64,000 nt of DNA from Callorhinchus milii (GCF_018977255.1 NW_024704742.1:102612001-102676000), one strand, 5' to 3'. Shown: positions 12,130 through 26,119, numbered from the stretch's first letter. Translations and numbers: made by a program. The notes: generated by a model not told the origin, from the sequence alone.

Positions 12130-13250
12130 CAACAACAACTTGCACTTATATAGCGCTCTCCATGCAGGGTAGTGTCTCAGAGAGCTTAACAGTGGCAGAG
12201 TCTGACTCCGAGCCCGGGGGGAGGGGGAGATGACCGTAAGCACGGTCGAAAAGGAAGGTTTTCAGGCAGGACTTGAAAACGGGGAGGGGGCAAGGCGGAG
12301 GGATTGAGGGAGAGTGTTCCACAGTTTTGGAGCATAGTGGCTGAAAGCACGACCTGCAATGGTGGAGCGGAGGGACGAGGGACGGGCAGGAGGTCGGTGC
12401 CAGTCGATCAGAGGCACCGGGTGGTAGATTGGGGAGTGAGGAGTTTGGAGAGGAGAGAGTGCCAGGGAGTGAATAGACTTGAATATGAGCGCGAGGATCT
12501 TGAAGTCGATCCGTTCGGTGATGGGGAGCCAGTGGAGCCTGGCCAGAACTGGTGAGATGGGGCTACGGAGTTTGGTCCAGGTCAGTATGTGGACAGCAGA
12601 AGTCTGAAAGAGATGGATTTTCTGAATAATGGAGCTGGGGAGGCTGGCGAGAAATGCATTGGAGTAATCCAGGTGGGAGGTGACAAACACGTACACGAGA
12701 GGTTCGGCTACATTTGGGGTAAGGTACGATCGGAGGTGGGCAACATGGCGGAGGTGGAGGAAGGTGGTCCTGGTCAGAGACCGGATGTGGGGGAGGAAGG
12801 ACAGCTGGGGGTGGAACCGAATGCCTAGGTAGCACACTGCTTCAGTGAGTCTGAAGGAGAGCCCAGAGAGCTTGAGGAGTTTAGATCCGGAGCAGTGAAG
12901 ACTTTGACGGGAGCCAAGGAGTATGGCTTCCATCTTGGTCACAGTCAGCTGCAGGAATTTTGCACTTATCTAGGCCCTGATGGCTGCCAGACAAGCTGAT
13001 AGAATATCGGAGGATCTGGAGTCGATGCTAGAGGACGCAAAGTAGATTTGTGTGTCATCCGCATACATGTAGAAATTTACCCCATGTCTGCGGATGACAT
13101 CGCCCAGAGGAAACATATAGATGAGGAAAAAAGGGGGCCAAGGATGCAGCTCTGGGGTACCCCACAGGTGACTAGGTGAGGGTGGGAGGAGAAACCATTT
13201 GCCAAGATGAAGTGGAGGCGGTTGATTAAGTAGGACTCGAACCATGTGAG
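12130..13250 (-). mobile_element. L2 LINE 3' part with RT remnant (tail type B)
   Basis: ORF fragments VTCGVPQS, FYMYADDTQIY and LHWLPITERIDFKIL; tail ...gcgctatataagtgcaagttgttgttg. Confidence 0.95.
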
Positions 13251-13399
13251 TGTGGTTCCACGTCTTCGAGACATCTCAAAGCACTTCACAGAATATACTG
13301 CAAAGTGAATTGACTGTTTTTTGTGGGCGAAACACTGCAGCCAATGGTGGGGGAAAAGTGCATGGGGGAACTTCAGCAAACCCAAGTTTGCTGAGTGAA

Positions 13400-13790
13400 G
13401 GCGGCATGCAGGAGAGTAGGGTAGGAGATCATATTTAGGATGGGAGGGATGTATAAGTGAGGTTGAGGAGCTTGAAAATGATCCGTTGGGCAACAGGGAA
13501 CCTGTCAACACTGGGATGATGGGCATATGGAATTCTGTGTGGATGAGGATGTGAAGGGTGGAGTTTTAAATGAGATGTAACTTGTGAATCGTGAAACTAC
13601 AGAGACCATCAAAGTGTGCAAATGAGAAGTTGAGTCAGGAGGTGAGGGAGGTGAGACATGAATAAGAGTTTTGGCAGCAATTTATGGGAAATGGGGCAGA
13701 GGCGGGCAATGTGGCATTATTGACGAAAAGCAGTACTGGTCAGTGACAATGTGTGGGAAGGAGGGTTGAGAGTTAAATCAAAAGCCAAGT
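13400..13790 (-). mobile_element. Old, degraded L2 fragment
   Basis: Residual similarity to L2 ORF2 (gagcttgaaaatgatccgttgggcaacagggaacc; gagtcaggaggtga; gggcagaggcgggcaatgtgg). Confidence 0.6.
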
Positions 13791-15967
13791 TCTTTCTTAG
13801 CACTAGTTCAGTGATTTGTAAAAAATGCCAGAGAACTAATAAATTGAGACACAAAATTCCTCATGTTCTTAGTTCCACAATCAGTCTAAGATTGTGTAGA
13901 ATTCGGGTAAAATTCTTATGTAGTTATAATTTGAAAAACAGTTTTCTGCAGTTCTTAAAAGATTGCATTTTTCAAATGTCTTACAATATTTAAGACAATG
14001 GTCTTAACAATCTTCAGGGTAACAGCATGAGAAATTTTAGGAATCTCATGTTATGTGAAAAAAAAGCTACAAATAACTATCAAACACTACTCTTGCAGCC
14101 TCAGAAAAATCTTCAACAAAACCAGAAATAGTTGTTTCCACAGGGAGAGGTAGGTTAGCTGGCCACAGGCACGGACACATATGGAAAGGCAGGGCCCAAG
14201 TGAGAATCAAGTCATAGAAATGGTTAACACACAAAACAATGAAAGTTACATGAGGTCGCAGAAATGCCGCTGCAAGCAACCACAAGGTGGTCTTTCCCGG
14301 TTCAACAACACAATTTAATGAGCTAGCCACACAAAGTGGAGCAAAGTAATCCACATCTGAAAGTCTGTTTCACTAAAAANTGACAAACAATGTTCTAACC
14401 ATAATAACACAAGAAAAAATAGGCAGCAATCTGTATAACCACAGCACCCATTTTAATTCTTTATAAAGCATATTACGATGTTATGTTGGTAACATATTTC
14501 CACTTACATGTGTTATTGACTAACGAGAAAATATTCCTGGCAATTTGCAAAGACTTAAAACTAGGACTTTACAGATATCTCTAAAGAAAGAAATGTCTTC
14601 AAAAAAGTCCACAGGAATTTTAGAAGGACTGAAGAAAGGATACACTGAAATATAGAAATGTGAGCTGTGTGATACAAGATTATAAGCAATTGTGTTTGGA
14701 CCTTGCAGGTGAATGGGATGAAAGACTTTCATGGAATGGTATATTTTTTAGTGTGACAAGTGAATTTAATACGTTGCATCTAGTGGAGAGAAAGGGATTT
14801 GCTTCTCAAGCAAATTTCCTTCAGTGCCCAGTAGCACAGAAGATTTGTTCTCAGTGTAGTATCTAAGTTTGTACCAATCCCTATATCCTCCAATACTGTA
14901 CCCAGTTCTTAAAATAGATTAATTGAATATGCATGGATTATTGGGAAAAAGTTTCACAAAGAATTTTACTCTATGTGAAAAAGTTTTCTAATCTCTATCT
15001 TTGAGACTTTTTATTTTTAAACCTACCCCCAACCAATCCTGCTTTCATGGTTGATTCAAATCTCATCCTTAGAACAACACCAACTGTCTCTCATAACTTG
15101 AACTACCTGTTACTTGTCTCCCCACACAACCTTTGTTCACAGAATTATCTTTGTTGTCTTTGAACTAAAACTTCAGTGTCCCTTTTCAAGGTAAGGTGCC
15201 CCCAAATGCATGCAACATTCCTAGTGGATGAATTTTAGCAGTGCCATGTTCAAGGTTAGTATGATTTCTCTAGATGTATCGTCAAATGCACTTAAAATGC
15301 AACCTCACATTTAATGAGGTTTGTTGATAGTTTCATATTGACTGCAGTTTCATTTTAACGCACTATAAAACATAAACATATTAGATTATTTATTTAGATA
15401 AAATGGAGATTATTTAAATCCTGTATGGTCTAACTCTAAAGGATCATTGAGCTCAGAACTCTATTATATGCTATTACTTTAATTTCTGAAATTTATCAAA
15501 GCAACCCAAAGGGTGGTGATAACTTGCAAGTTCCCTCTAATTTCCAGTTGATTGGAATTAGTGCTATCAAATCTGCCTTTTATAACTATAATCCACACAC
15601 AGCTTTCAAGTTAATGAGAAACTAGTTTGTGGGCAAATGCTCCATTTCGAGTCAGTGATTTAGATTGGAGGCTCACGCTACTGAAAGATGTTGTAAAGAC
15701 ATCTAAGAGGGATTTCAATCTTCCACCATTATTCTCAACCCAAAGGTATGTATTAATAATCCTCCCTCACATTTGGTCTTTCCATTGGGAGGATACCTCA
15801 AGGAACTTCACAGGATATACTGTTAGGTGAAGTGACTGTGTGTTTTGTGGTCGAATGCAGTAGCCAATTCACGCACGTCAATGTCCCACAACATGGAGTG
15901 AAAGATTATGAATTTAAATTTACAAATATTGTACATTGAAAGAAAGAAATTGCATGTCATGGCATCT

Positions 15968-16160
15968 TATAATAATAATCCTTGCATTTGTTATAGTGCT
16001 TTTCACGTCTTCTAGTATACAGAATATACTGTAAAGTGAATTGACTGTATATTTGTGGGCGAAACACGGCTGCCAATTACGCACAGCAGTGTCCCACAAA
16101 CAGTCGTGGACTGAGTGACCAAATTATGATCATGTATTTTTTTGAAGGATTATTATCCCC
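15968..16160 (-). mobile_element. Young SINE, 3' portion
   Basis: ataataatccttgcatttgttatagtgcttttcacgtc...gtgaattgactgtatatttgtgggcgaaacacggctgccaatt; reverse complement of the family. Confidence 0.88.
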
Positions 16161-16281
16161 GGAAAAGCAATCCGCCAATCGACTAACAATGGGTTCCTAT
16201 AACACCTTCACACACTTTATTATATTTTAGTTTGGTGACAGCTATTTTGTTAGGAACTGTGGCATCCATTTTGCACACAGC

Positions 16282-17160
16282 AACAGCAGCAAGATTACAT
16301 TTGTATAGTGCCTTTCATGTCGGGAGGAAGTCCCAAGGTGCTGGACAGTGTACAGCATTTCAGACCTGAGCTGGGGTCAGGGAGGCAGAAGGGAGGGGAG
16401 GGGAAGGGGGGTGACCGATGGCATGGTCGAAGAGGAGGGTTTTGAGGCGGGACTTGAAGGAAGCTAAGGAGGGGGCGAGGCGGAGTGATTGGGGGATGGA
16501 ATTACAGAGGTTGGGGGCAGAGTGGCTGAAGGCTCTCCCGCCAATGGTGGGGCGGGTGGGTCGGGGGACGTGGAGCAGGCCGGAGCCGGCTGAGCGGAGG
16601 AAGCGGGTGGGTTGGTAGGGAGTTAGGAGGTCGCAGAGGTAGGGTGGGGCGAGGCCATGGAGGGCTTTGTAGGTGAGGACCAGGATCTTGAACTCGATCC
16701 TCTGAAGGATAGGGAGCCAATGGAGTTGGGCGAGAATGGGGGAGATTGGGTCACGGAGTTTGGTGCGGGAGAGGACACGGGCTGCAGAGTTCTGGATTAT
16801 CTGCAGCCTGTGGAGGGAGGAGTTGGGAAGGCTGACAAGCAGGGCGTTTGCATAGTCGAGCCTGGAGGTGATGAAGGCATGAACAGGAGTTTCAGTAGCC
16901 TGAGGGGTGAGGTAGTGGCGGAGTCGGACGATGTTACGGAGGTGAGGAAAGGCAGAGCAGGTCATGGCTTGAAGGTGGGGAAGAAAAGACAGTTGAGGGT
17001 TGAACAAGACACCTAGGTTCCTGACTGGCTGGTGAGTTGTAGTGTGCAACCATGGAGGTTGATGCTGCCAGAGCCTGAGGTGCTGAGGCGCTGGCGCGAG
17101 CCAATCAGGAGGGCCTCAGTCTTGTTCACATTCAACTATAGGAAATTTGTCCTCATCCAG
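16282..17160 (-). mobile_element. L2 LINE 3' fragment (tail type A), well preserved
   Basis: 229-aa ORF with VRNLGVLF...SRLDYANALL...LHWLPILQRIEFKIL...GGRAFSHSAP...FKSRLKTLLF. Confidence 0.95.
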
Positions 17161-17329
17161 GAAGGTGTTACAAGATGAATTATAAGCAATTTGAAGGACT
17201 ATTGTTGGTCAGAAGACCAAGAGAAATTTACTTTTTCTTTTTGAATACGGATCTTCATGAGCTACCTGAACACCTTGATTTAAAGTCACATCTAAAGAAC
17301 ATCTTTGTGAATATAGCGCTTCCCCCAGA

Positions 17330-17960
17330 CTTCCGCCACCTCCATCACATTGCCCGCCTCCGACCATACCTTATCCCAGATGCAGCCGAAACACTCGTCC
17401 ATGCATTCGTTACTTCCCGACTCGACTTTTCAAATGCCCTCTTTGCCGGTCTCCCCAGCTCTACCATGCACAGGATCCAACTGATCCAAAACTCTGCCGC
17501 CCATATATTCACATGAACTAAGCTTCCTACCCCCATCACACCAGTTCTAGCCAAGCTCCACTGACTCCCTGTCACCAAACGGATCAATTTCAAGATCCTC
17601 ACACTTGTTTCATATCCCTTCATGCTCTGGCACCTCCCTACTTCTCTAACATGCTTACCCTCCCCAACCCGCTACCTACCTCCTCCGCTCAACTGGCTCC
17701 GGCCTTCTGCATGTCTCTCGCGTCCTCCGGTCCACCATCAGTAGCTGTGCCACTACACCCAATTACGGGAACACTCTTCCTCTATCCCTCTGCCTTGACC
17801 CTCCTTCCTCATCTTCAGGTCACGATTGAAGACCTTCCTATTTGACTGTGCCTACGGTCACCTCCCCCATCCCTAGTTCGGCATCGTGCTCTGTTACTGT
17901 CAAGCGCTCTGGGACTCTAATCTGCGTGAGGGGCGTTATATAAATACAAGTTGTTGTTGT
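17330..17960 (+). mobile_element. L2 LINE 3' fragment (tail type B)
   Basis: AETLVHAFVTSRLDFSNALFAGLP; tail gcgtgaggggcgttatataaatacaagttgttgttg. Confidence 0.93.
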
Positions 17961-20034
17961 ACTGCAGTGGTATGCCAACATGGACTGCTGAGCTCAAGTC
18001 CAAAAGTGGGCTTGAACTCGCAATTGCTTTGACTGTGAGATAAGGTTGCTACCGACTGACAACATGATAACCTATTTTTGCCTTGGTCTTTACATCAATT
18101 GTCGAGTGAATCAATTTCATCATGATTTGAAATTGCTGTGGGACCCTGCAATATAAATGTAACATTAGATGCATGGACATTTATTTAGCAAAATAAAAAA
18201 AATCTCTTTCCATTCTTTAATTTTTCTCTATCCTCCAATTTCCTGATAAGAGTCGGGATTCCTTTCAAATCTCTGTACGCTTGATCATACATCTTTGCCC
18301 ATTGCGGAACAGCAGTAGCATACAAATTGCTACCAAATGATCCTGAAGGTGTTCAAATATTTCCTCATAGCTCTTTCTCGTAAAACTGCAAGTAACTGAA
18401 CATCTAAAGGATGTGCTGTATGTTGTATTTATTAAAATATTTTGTATTTATTGAAGACCATTTTAAATCCATCTATGCCAGTGTTATAATCTTCGAACAT
18501 TTCTTTTGCCTTCAGCCAACAACAACGTTGCCCTCAATTTTAGTGTAAAATTTTCCATAAATTGGACTGCGTACAAAGATACACATTCACAACTTATTTT
18601 ACCATGCAGAAACATTTAACAATCTGAGAGTACTTCCACATCGTAAAAAGTATTGCATGTTAAAAGATTATTAAACAGAGAAAATTATATTTTATCTCAA
18701 TGAAACATCTGGCAGGCAACACAAGGAGCCTGCAAACTATTTCTGTAACCTTCCGATAACCCAAATGATTGTTTACTATGGCATGGAAAGAATGTTATCG
18801 CCAACTAAATCCTTTTCAACAGTTGTGCTTGAATCAGTGGTGCACCAGACTCTAGTTCCAATGAGAATAAAGCTTTTTTCAAAAAAGAGAAATAATGAAT
18901 GGACAATGATACAAGACACAATCTAAACCCCATATATTGTAAATAAAAAGCTACCTATCACCTTCACTGCACATTCAAGTAAATAGGATCAATATGAACT
19001 GGTAAGCATTTAACAGGGCTGATTTAGTCAACGTCATTGTGTACTTTACCCCTTAGCTACACTTTCAATTTGGTCAAGTGATTGGCAAGAGCATGTGAAC
19101 TTGGTCATAAACTGCAATGTTTCAACTTTTCTTTGTTCTCTTAACAGAAGACAAAACTGAAAACGGAGCAACTAGCCACAGGGCAGCATCCAACATGCAA
19201 CTTCACACTGCCAAGTTTGTGTTGGATTGAATCTGGCATTTAAGACAATCATGCTTTAATTTGGCAACATAACAATGCTACAAAGAGGAGATTGGGTGAT
19301 GCAACAGAATAGCACCCTGTCCTTTCACCTCTGTGATCAGGGTTCAATCCAGATTAGACAGAAAGGATAAAAGCCTTCAATGTCTCTTGCCTGTTCATGT
19401 AATTAGTTTGGGCAGTGACAAGCCTCGGTCAACATTTAGAGGATGAGTGGAGATTGCTCCCAGTTTAACTTATGCCAGTCAGCTAAACCATAGGGGTGAC
19501 TGTTGTGGGAAATATAGTAGGGAATGGAACCAAGATACTTTATTGGGGGAAAATAGAGGGAGAAGCATTTTATTGTGGAGAGCTTGATCAATTTTGCCCT
19601 CAGCAAATGTACACACACTTACCAGTAGGGGTCGCTGGAGATCAGTCACAAATGGGAACACAGGTTTGTTTTTCTCTGCTCAGCCCAGAAGCCAATTATA
19701 GTTCCCATATTGTTGTCCATTTGAAATTAGCTAACCCAGCGCGGACTGGAAAGTGAACATGTGGTCTTTTAGGCATAGTGCTACTTCAAGCAGTATCTTT
19801 ATCCATCAGACCATAAGGAGAGGCAGAGGGACATTTACCTTGTAGCTCTGTGCTCTATCTTACCTGAGGGTCCTTAATGCCAAGACAATGCGTGGAGGAA
19901 AAGGAAGTGCTTCTATTCCCTAACATCAGCATCTCTGGGATTGCTGAGCAGAGAAACAAACACCAAAGAACATGCCCAAAAGGCAAAGAGTTGATGCAAT
20001 GTAAACTGGGTAACAATCTTATCCTGAACCAGAA

Positions 20035-20545
20035 TATTATAGAATCATACAATATTATAGCCCATTGTGCCTGTGCCGGCTCTTTGGAAGAACTAATCAG
20101 TCCTATTCCCCCACTCTTTCCCCATTTCCTTGCAAATTTTTTCCTTTTCACGTACCTATCTATTCCCTTTATAAAGCTGTTATTGAATCTGCTTCCACCA
20201 CCCTTTCAGGCAGTACATTCCAGACCGTAACAACTCTGTGTAAAAAAAATTCTCCTCATCTCCCCTCTGGTTGTTTTGCCAATTATCTTGAATCTATGTC
20301 CCCTTGTTACTGACCCACCTGCCAGTGTGAACAGTTTCTCCCTATCTACTCTATTAACACCCTTCATAATTTTGAACATCTCTCAAATCTCCTCTTAACC
20401 TTCTCTGCTCTAAAGAGAACAATTCCAGCTTCGCTAGTCTCTCCAGATAACTGAAGTCCCTCAGCCCTGCTACCATTCTGGTAAATCTCCTCTCCAAGGC
20501 CTTGATATCCTTCCTAAAGTGTGGTGCCCAGTTTTGCTGTAAAAT
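20035..20545 (-). mobile_element. CR1-clade LINE 3' fragment
   Basis: [52 protein letters not shown] is the typical CR1 ORF2 C-terminus; gattctat-type tail. Confidence 0.92.
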
Positions 20546-21800
20546 ATTAATGGGTTGAAGGGGAAATTCATGTTCCAAAAATCAGAAGCAATATTTTGTT
20601 TCAGAAAAATTGGCCTGGTTGTCGCTCTCTTCCCCCAGGCTGCAATAAAGTAGCACAGTCTTTATCAAGAAATATTTTGCCAAACTTCTCATTTACAGCC
20701 TTTCAATGAAGCATGAGATGTAAATCCAGCTGCTATATTTAATAATGCTTGCACTTGATATTTCATTGGCCTATTCCATCATCATGTAATAGATGTACAA
20801 CATTTATTTCACGAGTGATCAGATTTACCTGCAACTTTTTCATGAAACACTATCCCAGAAACAAACCTGTGCCCCCATATGAATGCATTAAAGAGAAAAC
20901 TCGTTGATTGTGGATCTAGCTGATCAAGGACAAGGCAAAAAGACCACTCTATTTGCTAACGTTTACTCCACATGAGTAACAATGGGAAGGATTTTTGTGA
21001 CAGAGGGAGTTGGTTCATTTATTTTTCATATCTTGAACCTGGGTTGAAATCCACCAATTTAATTGGATGAAAATGCTCTTCCCCTCTTAAACCTCTGAGG
21101 GACCATTGTGAAACAAGCTTGAACAGGTTTAAACTCGTGTATATGTTGGGAACAAGTGAACGGAGCAGAAATTAATCTTAATTTGGACAGTCTCAATTTA
21201 GGAAATGGAAATTTCATCCTGGTTTAACAGCTGCTGATCTGCTGAAAACGGGGTTAAGGTTAAAGTAAAGGAAGCTTTTACACTGCACCTGTACTGCACA
21301 AATGAAAAACTACAAATTATGTTATTTAATTTCCCATCCCTGATAACAAAGTGTATGTGAGGGAAGAGTGGGAGAAAAGACATTTTCTGCAGTTTGAAGG
21401 TTTTTCTTTAATTATTCCTGCTGACTTACTCATTATCTTTTCTTTCAGACTGATTTAAGGGACACCGTTTTTATGAAGGAATGTTCAGAAAACCTTTACA
21501 AATATTGCACAAACACTGCTCATAAATCAGATTGATATTTGAGAAGCATAACAATTCATCACCTATTAGATTTACTTGAAACGTACAATAATGCTGATTA
21601 CTTTATTGATGTTCAGCAGTTTTATGCACTGTTGAATAGATTTAAAAGTCAAGTAACGACTAGACTACAGTTATTGATGCTGATTTTCATCTCTGCATAA
21701 ATGGAACGATTTCCAGAAGTAAAAAGGTACAAAACATCATTTGGGATTTTTGCCGCCCTATTACCAAATGCATGATTTTGAGAAAGAAAGTGACGCTCCC

Positions 21801-22235
21801 ATTATAATAATAATCCGTACATTTGATATAGCGCCTTTCATGTCAGGAGGACGTCCCAAAGCACTTCATAGGATATACTGTAAGCGCAGTGAACATGTGT
21901 TTTGTGGGCAAATGTGGCAGCCAATTTGCAAACAGCAGTGTCTCACAAACAGCAATGAAGTGAGTGACTGATTTTATTTGGGGGATTGTTGGCCAGGACA
22001 CCGGGAGAAACTCGATTCTCTTTTCAAATGGTGCCATGGGGTCTTTAACATTCACCTGAACAGGCAGATGGGGTTTTGGTTTAACATCTCATCTGACGGC
22101 ACCTCCTACCAATGTAAAACACCCCCCGTCCTGCATTGGGAGTGTCAGCTTAGATAATATGATTTCCAACTCCTGAAGTGGGGCTTGAACCCACAACCTT
22201 CTGACTCAGAGGCAAAAGTGCTACCAACTAAGTCA
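21801..22235 (-). mobile_element. Deu-domain SINE, near full length
   Basis: Minus strand: head ttagttggtagcacttttgcctctgagtcagaaggttgtgggttcaagcccc, Deu core cagatgagatgttaaacc...caggtgaatgttaaagaccccatggcacc...gtgtcctggccaacaat, and L2-type tail. Confidence 0.88.
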
Positions 22236-22328
22236 ATTCACTTTACAATATATTCTGTGAAACGTTTTGAGACGTCTCGAAGACGCGACAAGGCACTATA
22301 CCAAATGCAAGAATTATTATTATTATTA
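22232..22328 (+). mobile_element. Young SINE 3' tail fragment
   Basis: gtcaattcactttac...gagacgtctcgaagacgcg...aaatgcaagaattattatt. Confidence 0.8.
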
Positions 22329-23349
22329 ACTAAATATCAAATGGAAATATTTTTAAGAGGCAAACGCATGAAAAAAATCACATTACAAATTCTATCATTT
22401 ATACATTTATTTATGCCTCTGCAAGTTAGACAGGAGCTCTGTTTTCAATGCTACTGTAGTTAAATTTAAAGCTCATTAACATTTATCCTGACCTCTGAGT
22501 TCAGCAATCAATATAAATCATAATTGTACAATTCCTCATAAACCATATTTAAACAATACATACACATAATTTCTGGCCTTGTAGAAAGCCTTTTTAAAAA
22601 GAAATCTGGCAAATGGGAGACTACAAAATTGTAGTCATATTCTGCAACATTCAAGATATAGTTTATTCAATGTATTGAGTATGTTAACTGTGTGAAATGT
22701 ATTAATAATAGATGCATATATGTGTTCTGTTCAGCCGAAGGGCAGATTAGCTAAAAGACAGAACAAGGAGATTGAAGGTCAAGTCTATCAATTTTCCAGC
22801 TGTCCCCAAATTCACAAGACAATATTATGTGAAAACCCTATTCAAGCCTTCCTTCAGTAATGCTCCACATTTTAAATTTCTTTCATAAAAAAAATACATT
22901 TATTTTTCTTCAATCTAACACTGCATAAATCAAATATCGGGTGAAACATTGAGGCATTGTTAGCTGAGGGCAACAATCTTGAATGAATAGAGAACACCTT
23001 TTAGTCAAGCAGCGTTCAAACTGAGGTGAATTTTAGATGTAAGCAACAATTTGCAATGGTTAAGAACAAATGTTTTGCAAAAGCATTGAGAAATGGTAAC
23101 TTTAGAGCCATTAGCTTGCAGTGCTTGCTCCATGGAGGCAGGTCTTCCCATTTCTGCAACCACTTGTGCAAATGCTCAATTTTAAACAAACCTAAGGCTG
23201 GTGAGGGTCTTGTCGAAGGGTCTGTACTCCTTGCTCATGTTAGAGCGTCCAGCTGGGACTGTATGGTTTCCAACTGGAAATTAATTTTTTAGAAATCATG
23301 TTAGTCAAAAAGTGGCATGTAATTAATACATAATCTGATGTAACCCAGC

Positions 23350-23600
23350 ATCATTATCAAAGTGCTTCACACAACGATTTGTAAAAAAAAACCTCCACCA
23401 CAGCCCACAAACAGTAATAAAATGAATGAGCAATGATTTTGCTTTTATGGTACATTTGAGTGAAGGAGGAGAATTAGCCAGGTCACTGGGAGAACTTGCA
23501 GTTTTTAGTCACAATATTAGCAAGGGATCTTTAACATCCACTGGAGTAGGTAGATTGGACTTATTTTAAAAATCTTATCCAAAATCTACAACAATAGAGC
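23350..23600 (-). mobile_element. Degraded Deu-domain SINE fragment
   Basis: cccacaaacagtaat...gccaggtcactgggagaac...gggatctttaacatccac. Confidence 0.6.
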
Positions 23601-26119
23601 TTTTTCATTGCAAAAACAGCAAAGGCATTACAGGTAACTTTGCTGCTCATTAAACACTATGCCAAGGGAGTGAGGCGGGAATACTTCTCAGATCAACTCC
23701 AGATTAGCTTACACAATTAGATCAGTTTGATGCCAAATTTGTTATAATGCCCGTGTATACACAGTCCAAAAGAATATGACATGTTTGTGATTTGATTACT
23801 CAGTAACAAGTTATATTTTAAAGTAACATTAATCCCTCACCAGTGGCCCAGTTAGTAAAGGCATTTACATTAAGACCTCAAAACAATCAGTATAGCTTGG
23901 TGAATGGTAGCATTTCTATATGGTGCAAGAATTGTTGTGATGAATAGTTTGATATAATACAGTTGAATGAGTCAGAAATCATAAATGAAAAGAATTCTTG
24001 GAAAATAGGAGTACCAAAGCTCATGGTCTGCAAAATACCTTTTCCCCCTTCATAAATACGACAAACATAACTTTAGAAATAGCACTTTTAGTGACATCTA
24101 AAGTGAAAAACATGCTTAATTGCATCATAACCCACCCAATATACAATGGCAGCAATACAGGTAAAGCCACATTTTATATTATTTGAGTAATAGCTGTTAA
24201 CGGCGTTTTTTGTTTCCTAATGTCTTTCAGGCTGTTGCTATATTTTCACAAACATTTGGCATGAGCAAGAAAAAGTTGGTGATCGGGGGAGAGAAAAGCT
24301 TGCAATCGGTCTGAAAAGAGACCAATTACACACACCAATGATCGGAAACAGATCCCTTCCTCTTTGGATGACATCATCTCACCACATGAACTTAATACCA
24401 CATAAATGGAGGATGCAGGGGAGGAACCCAGTAAAAGTTAATATGCTGAAACGAAAGACTCTACATACAATGCCAGGTCCAAAACTAAACTTGATTGTAA
24501 TCTAGTAAGTTAAAATATTCTACCACAAATTGGGAATGGCTCAGAACCAGAGATTCAAGGGATGATTGTGGTGGTGGTATTGTCATGACCAGGGAACCTG
24601 CATACTCATTTGAATGGAGATTGTTAGGATGTTGCTTTTGTGTTTGCAAGTATTGTTTCTGTCATTTACACCCCACAGGTAGCAGGAACTGTTAAAGGAT
24701 GTTGTTGTTGTCTGAAGGAGGCCTGATTTACATGAAAACTTATCGTGTGTAAGAATGTGTATTTTGTGAGTGTGAGAATACACTCACAAGGAAATAAAAC
24801 ACTAGGTGTTTGAGCAGGCAGCAGATTTGCACCTTGGAGGGACTTGTAACAAACAAGTGGGTCAGCTCACTCCTCTGCTCAAACTGTAAGCGCCAGTATT
24901 TTATGCATTACAACTCCGACTTAATTAAAAGCTTTGGGGTATCATCAAAATAAATGCTTCTGTCCAATAAATATTTTGAAGTTACTTTGAGAAGTGTGTA
25001 TTTTAAATTTGTTAATATAAACAGGATACTGGTTTTGTCCTCCTGACTCGAGTAGCCCCGAACTCTAATCAATGAAGCACTGGGTATAAAATACCAAGCT
25101 CCGTGACAATGAGAAGCAACTGATTTTTGGCATCCAGTGGACCTATTCTGTGGGCCTTGTTTCCCCCGCTCCCATCACCATCGCCAGTGTTCTACATACA
25201 TATCTGACACTGCTCCATCAATGAAACACACATTGAAGTTCCAGAGTAAAATGAGTTGTAGGTTAATAGCAGGTATAATTTTTGAAAGCTTACATTATGG
25301 GACATGTACACAGTAAATATTCTGCTCTTACCCCCTTTCACGTTCACAGTAGTTTCAGATTATACCCCTCTTTCGGTTCAAAGGATTTAACTGTTCTAAA
25401 ACTGAAAGGATTTTAATTTTGCATTAAGACATAACGAGGTAATCACAAGAAATAACTAATGTATTGTTTCTGGTGAAAATGACTCAACAGTTGTCATTTT
25501 CTAGGATTTAAATTCTAGCCAAGGCAATATACAATTTACAGATCTTGAGTGCTTTTTTATACAAATAATTTATTACCCACCTTATTGTAAAACTCAAACA
25601 GTTCTTCATGGTTGAATTCCACAAAAACCTTTTCTGTATTCTGTATTGAAAAGAAATTGATCATGTGTAAAATTCACATATCTCACTGGCCATTAAAATG
25701 ACATTGAGTGGTGTTTTTTTGGGTTATTACAAAGATGAGGACACCTATTCATTCCAGCAATTGATGGGTGCAAAGCTGCAAACATAGTGTAACCAGAATT
25801 AGTAAGCAAATCAAATAACACACATTTCCTGCATCAATCAATAGCTGACCTCAGTTATTCATCTTTATAAAACATGTTTAAACTTCATGGTGTCAATGAA
25901 CCTTAAGAGCTGCTTACGTGCAGTCCTCAGAAACAGCGATAGCTGAATCAAGACAGAATTTAATGGCACAAATTTGCATCAAATCTTATTTTTCAAACCA
26001 GCTTAATTTCAGAAAATATTTATTCTAATTTGTGGTATTTTGTTCCTCAACAAGTAATACTGTTAGAATCCCTGCTGAACCTCAGAGAGAAGTTGCCATA
26101 TGGTCAGTGTAGAAACATA

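Noticed and set aside
14380..14380. Single N base
   Set aside because: Assembly ambiguity, with no biological meaning.
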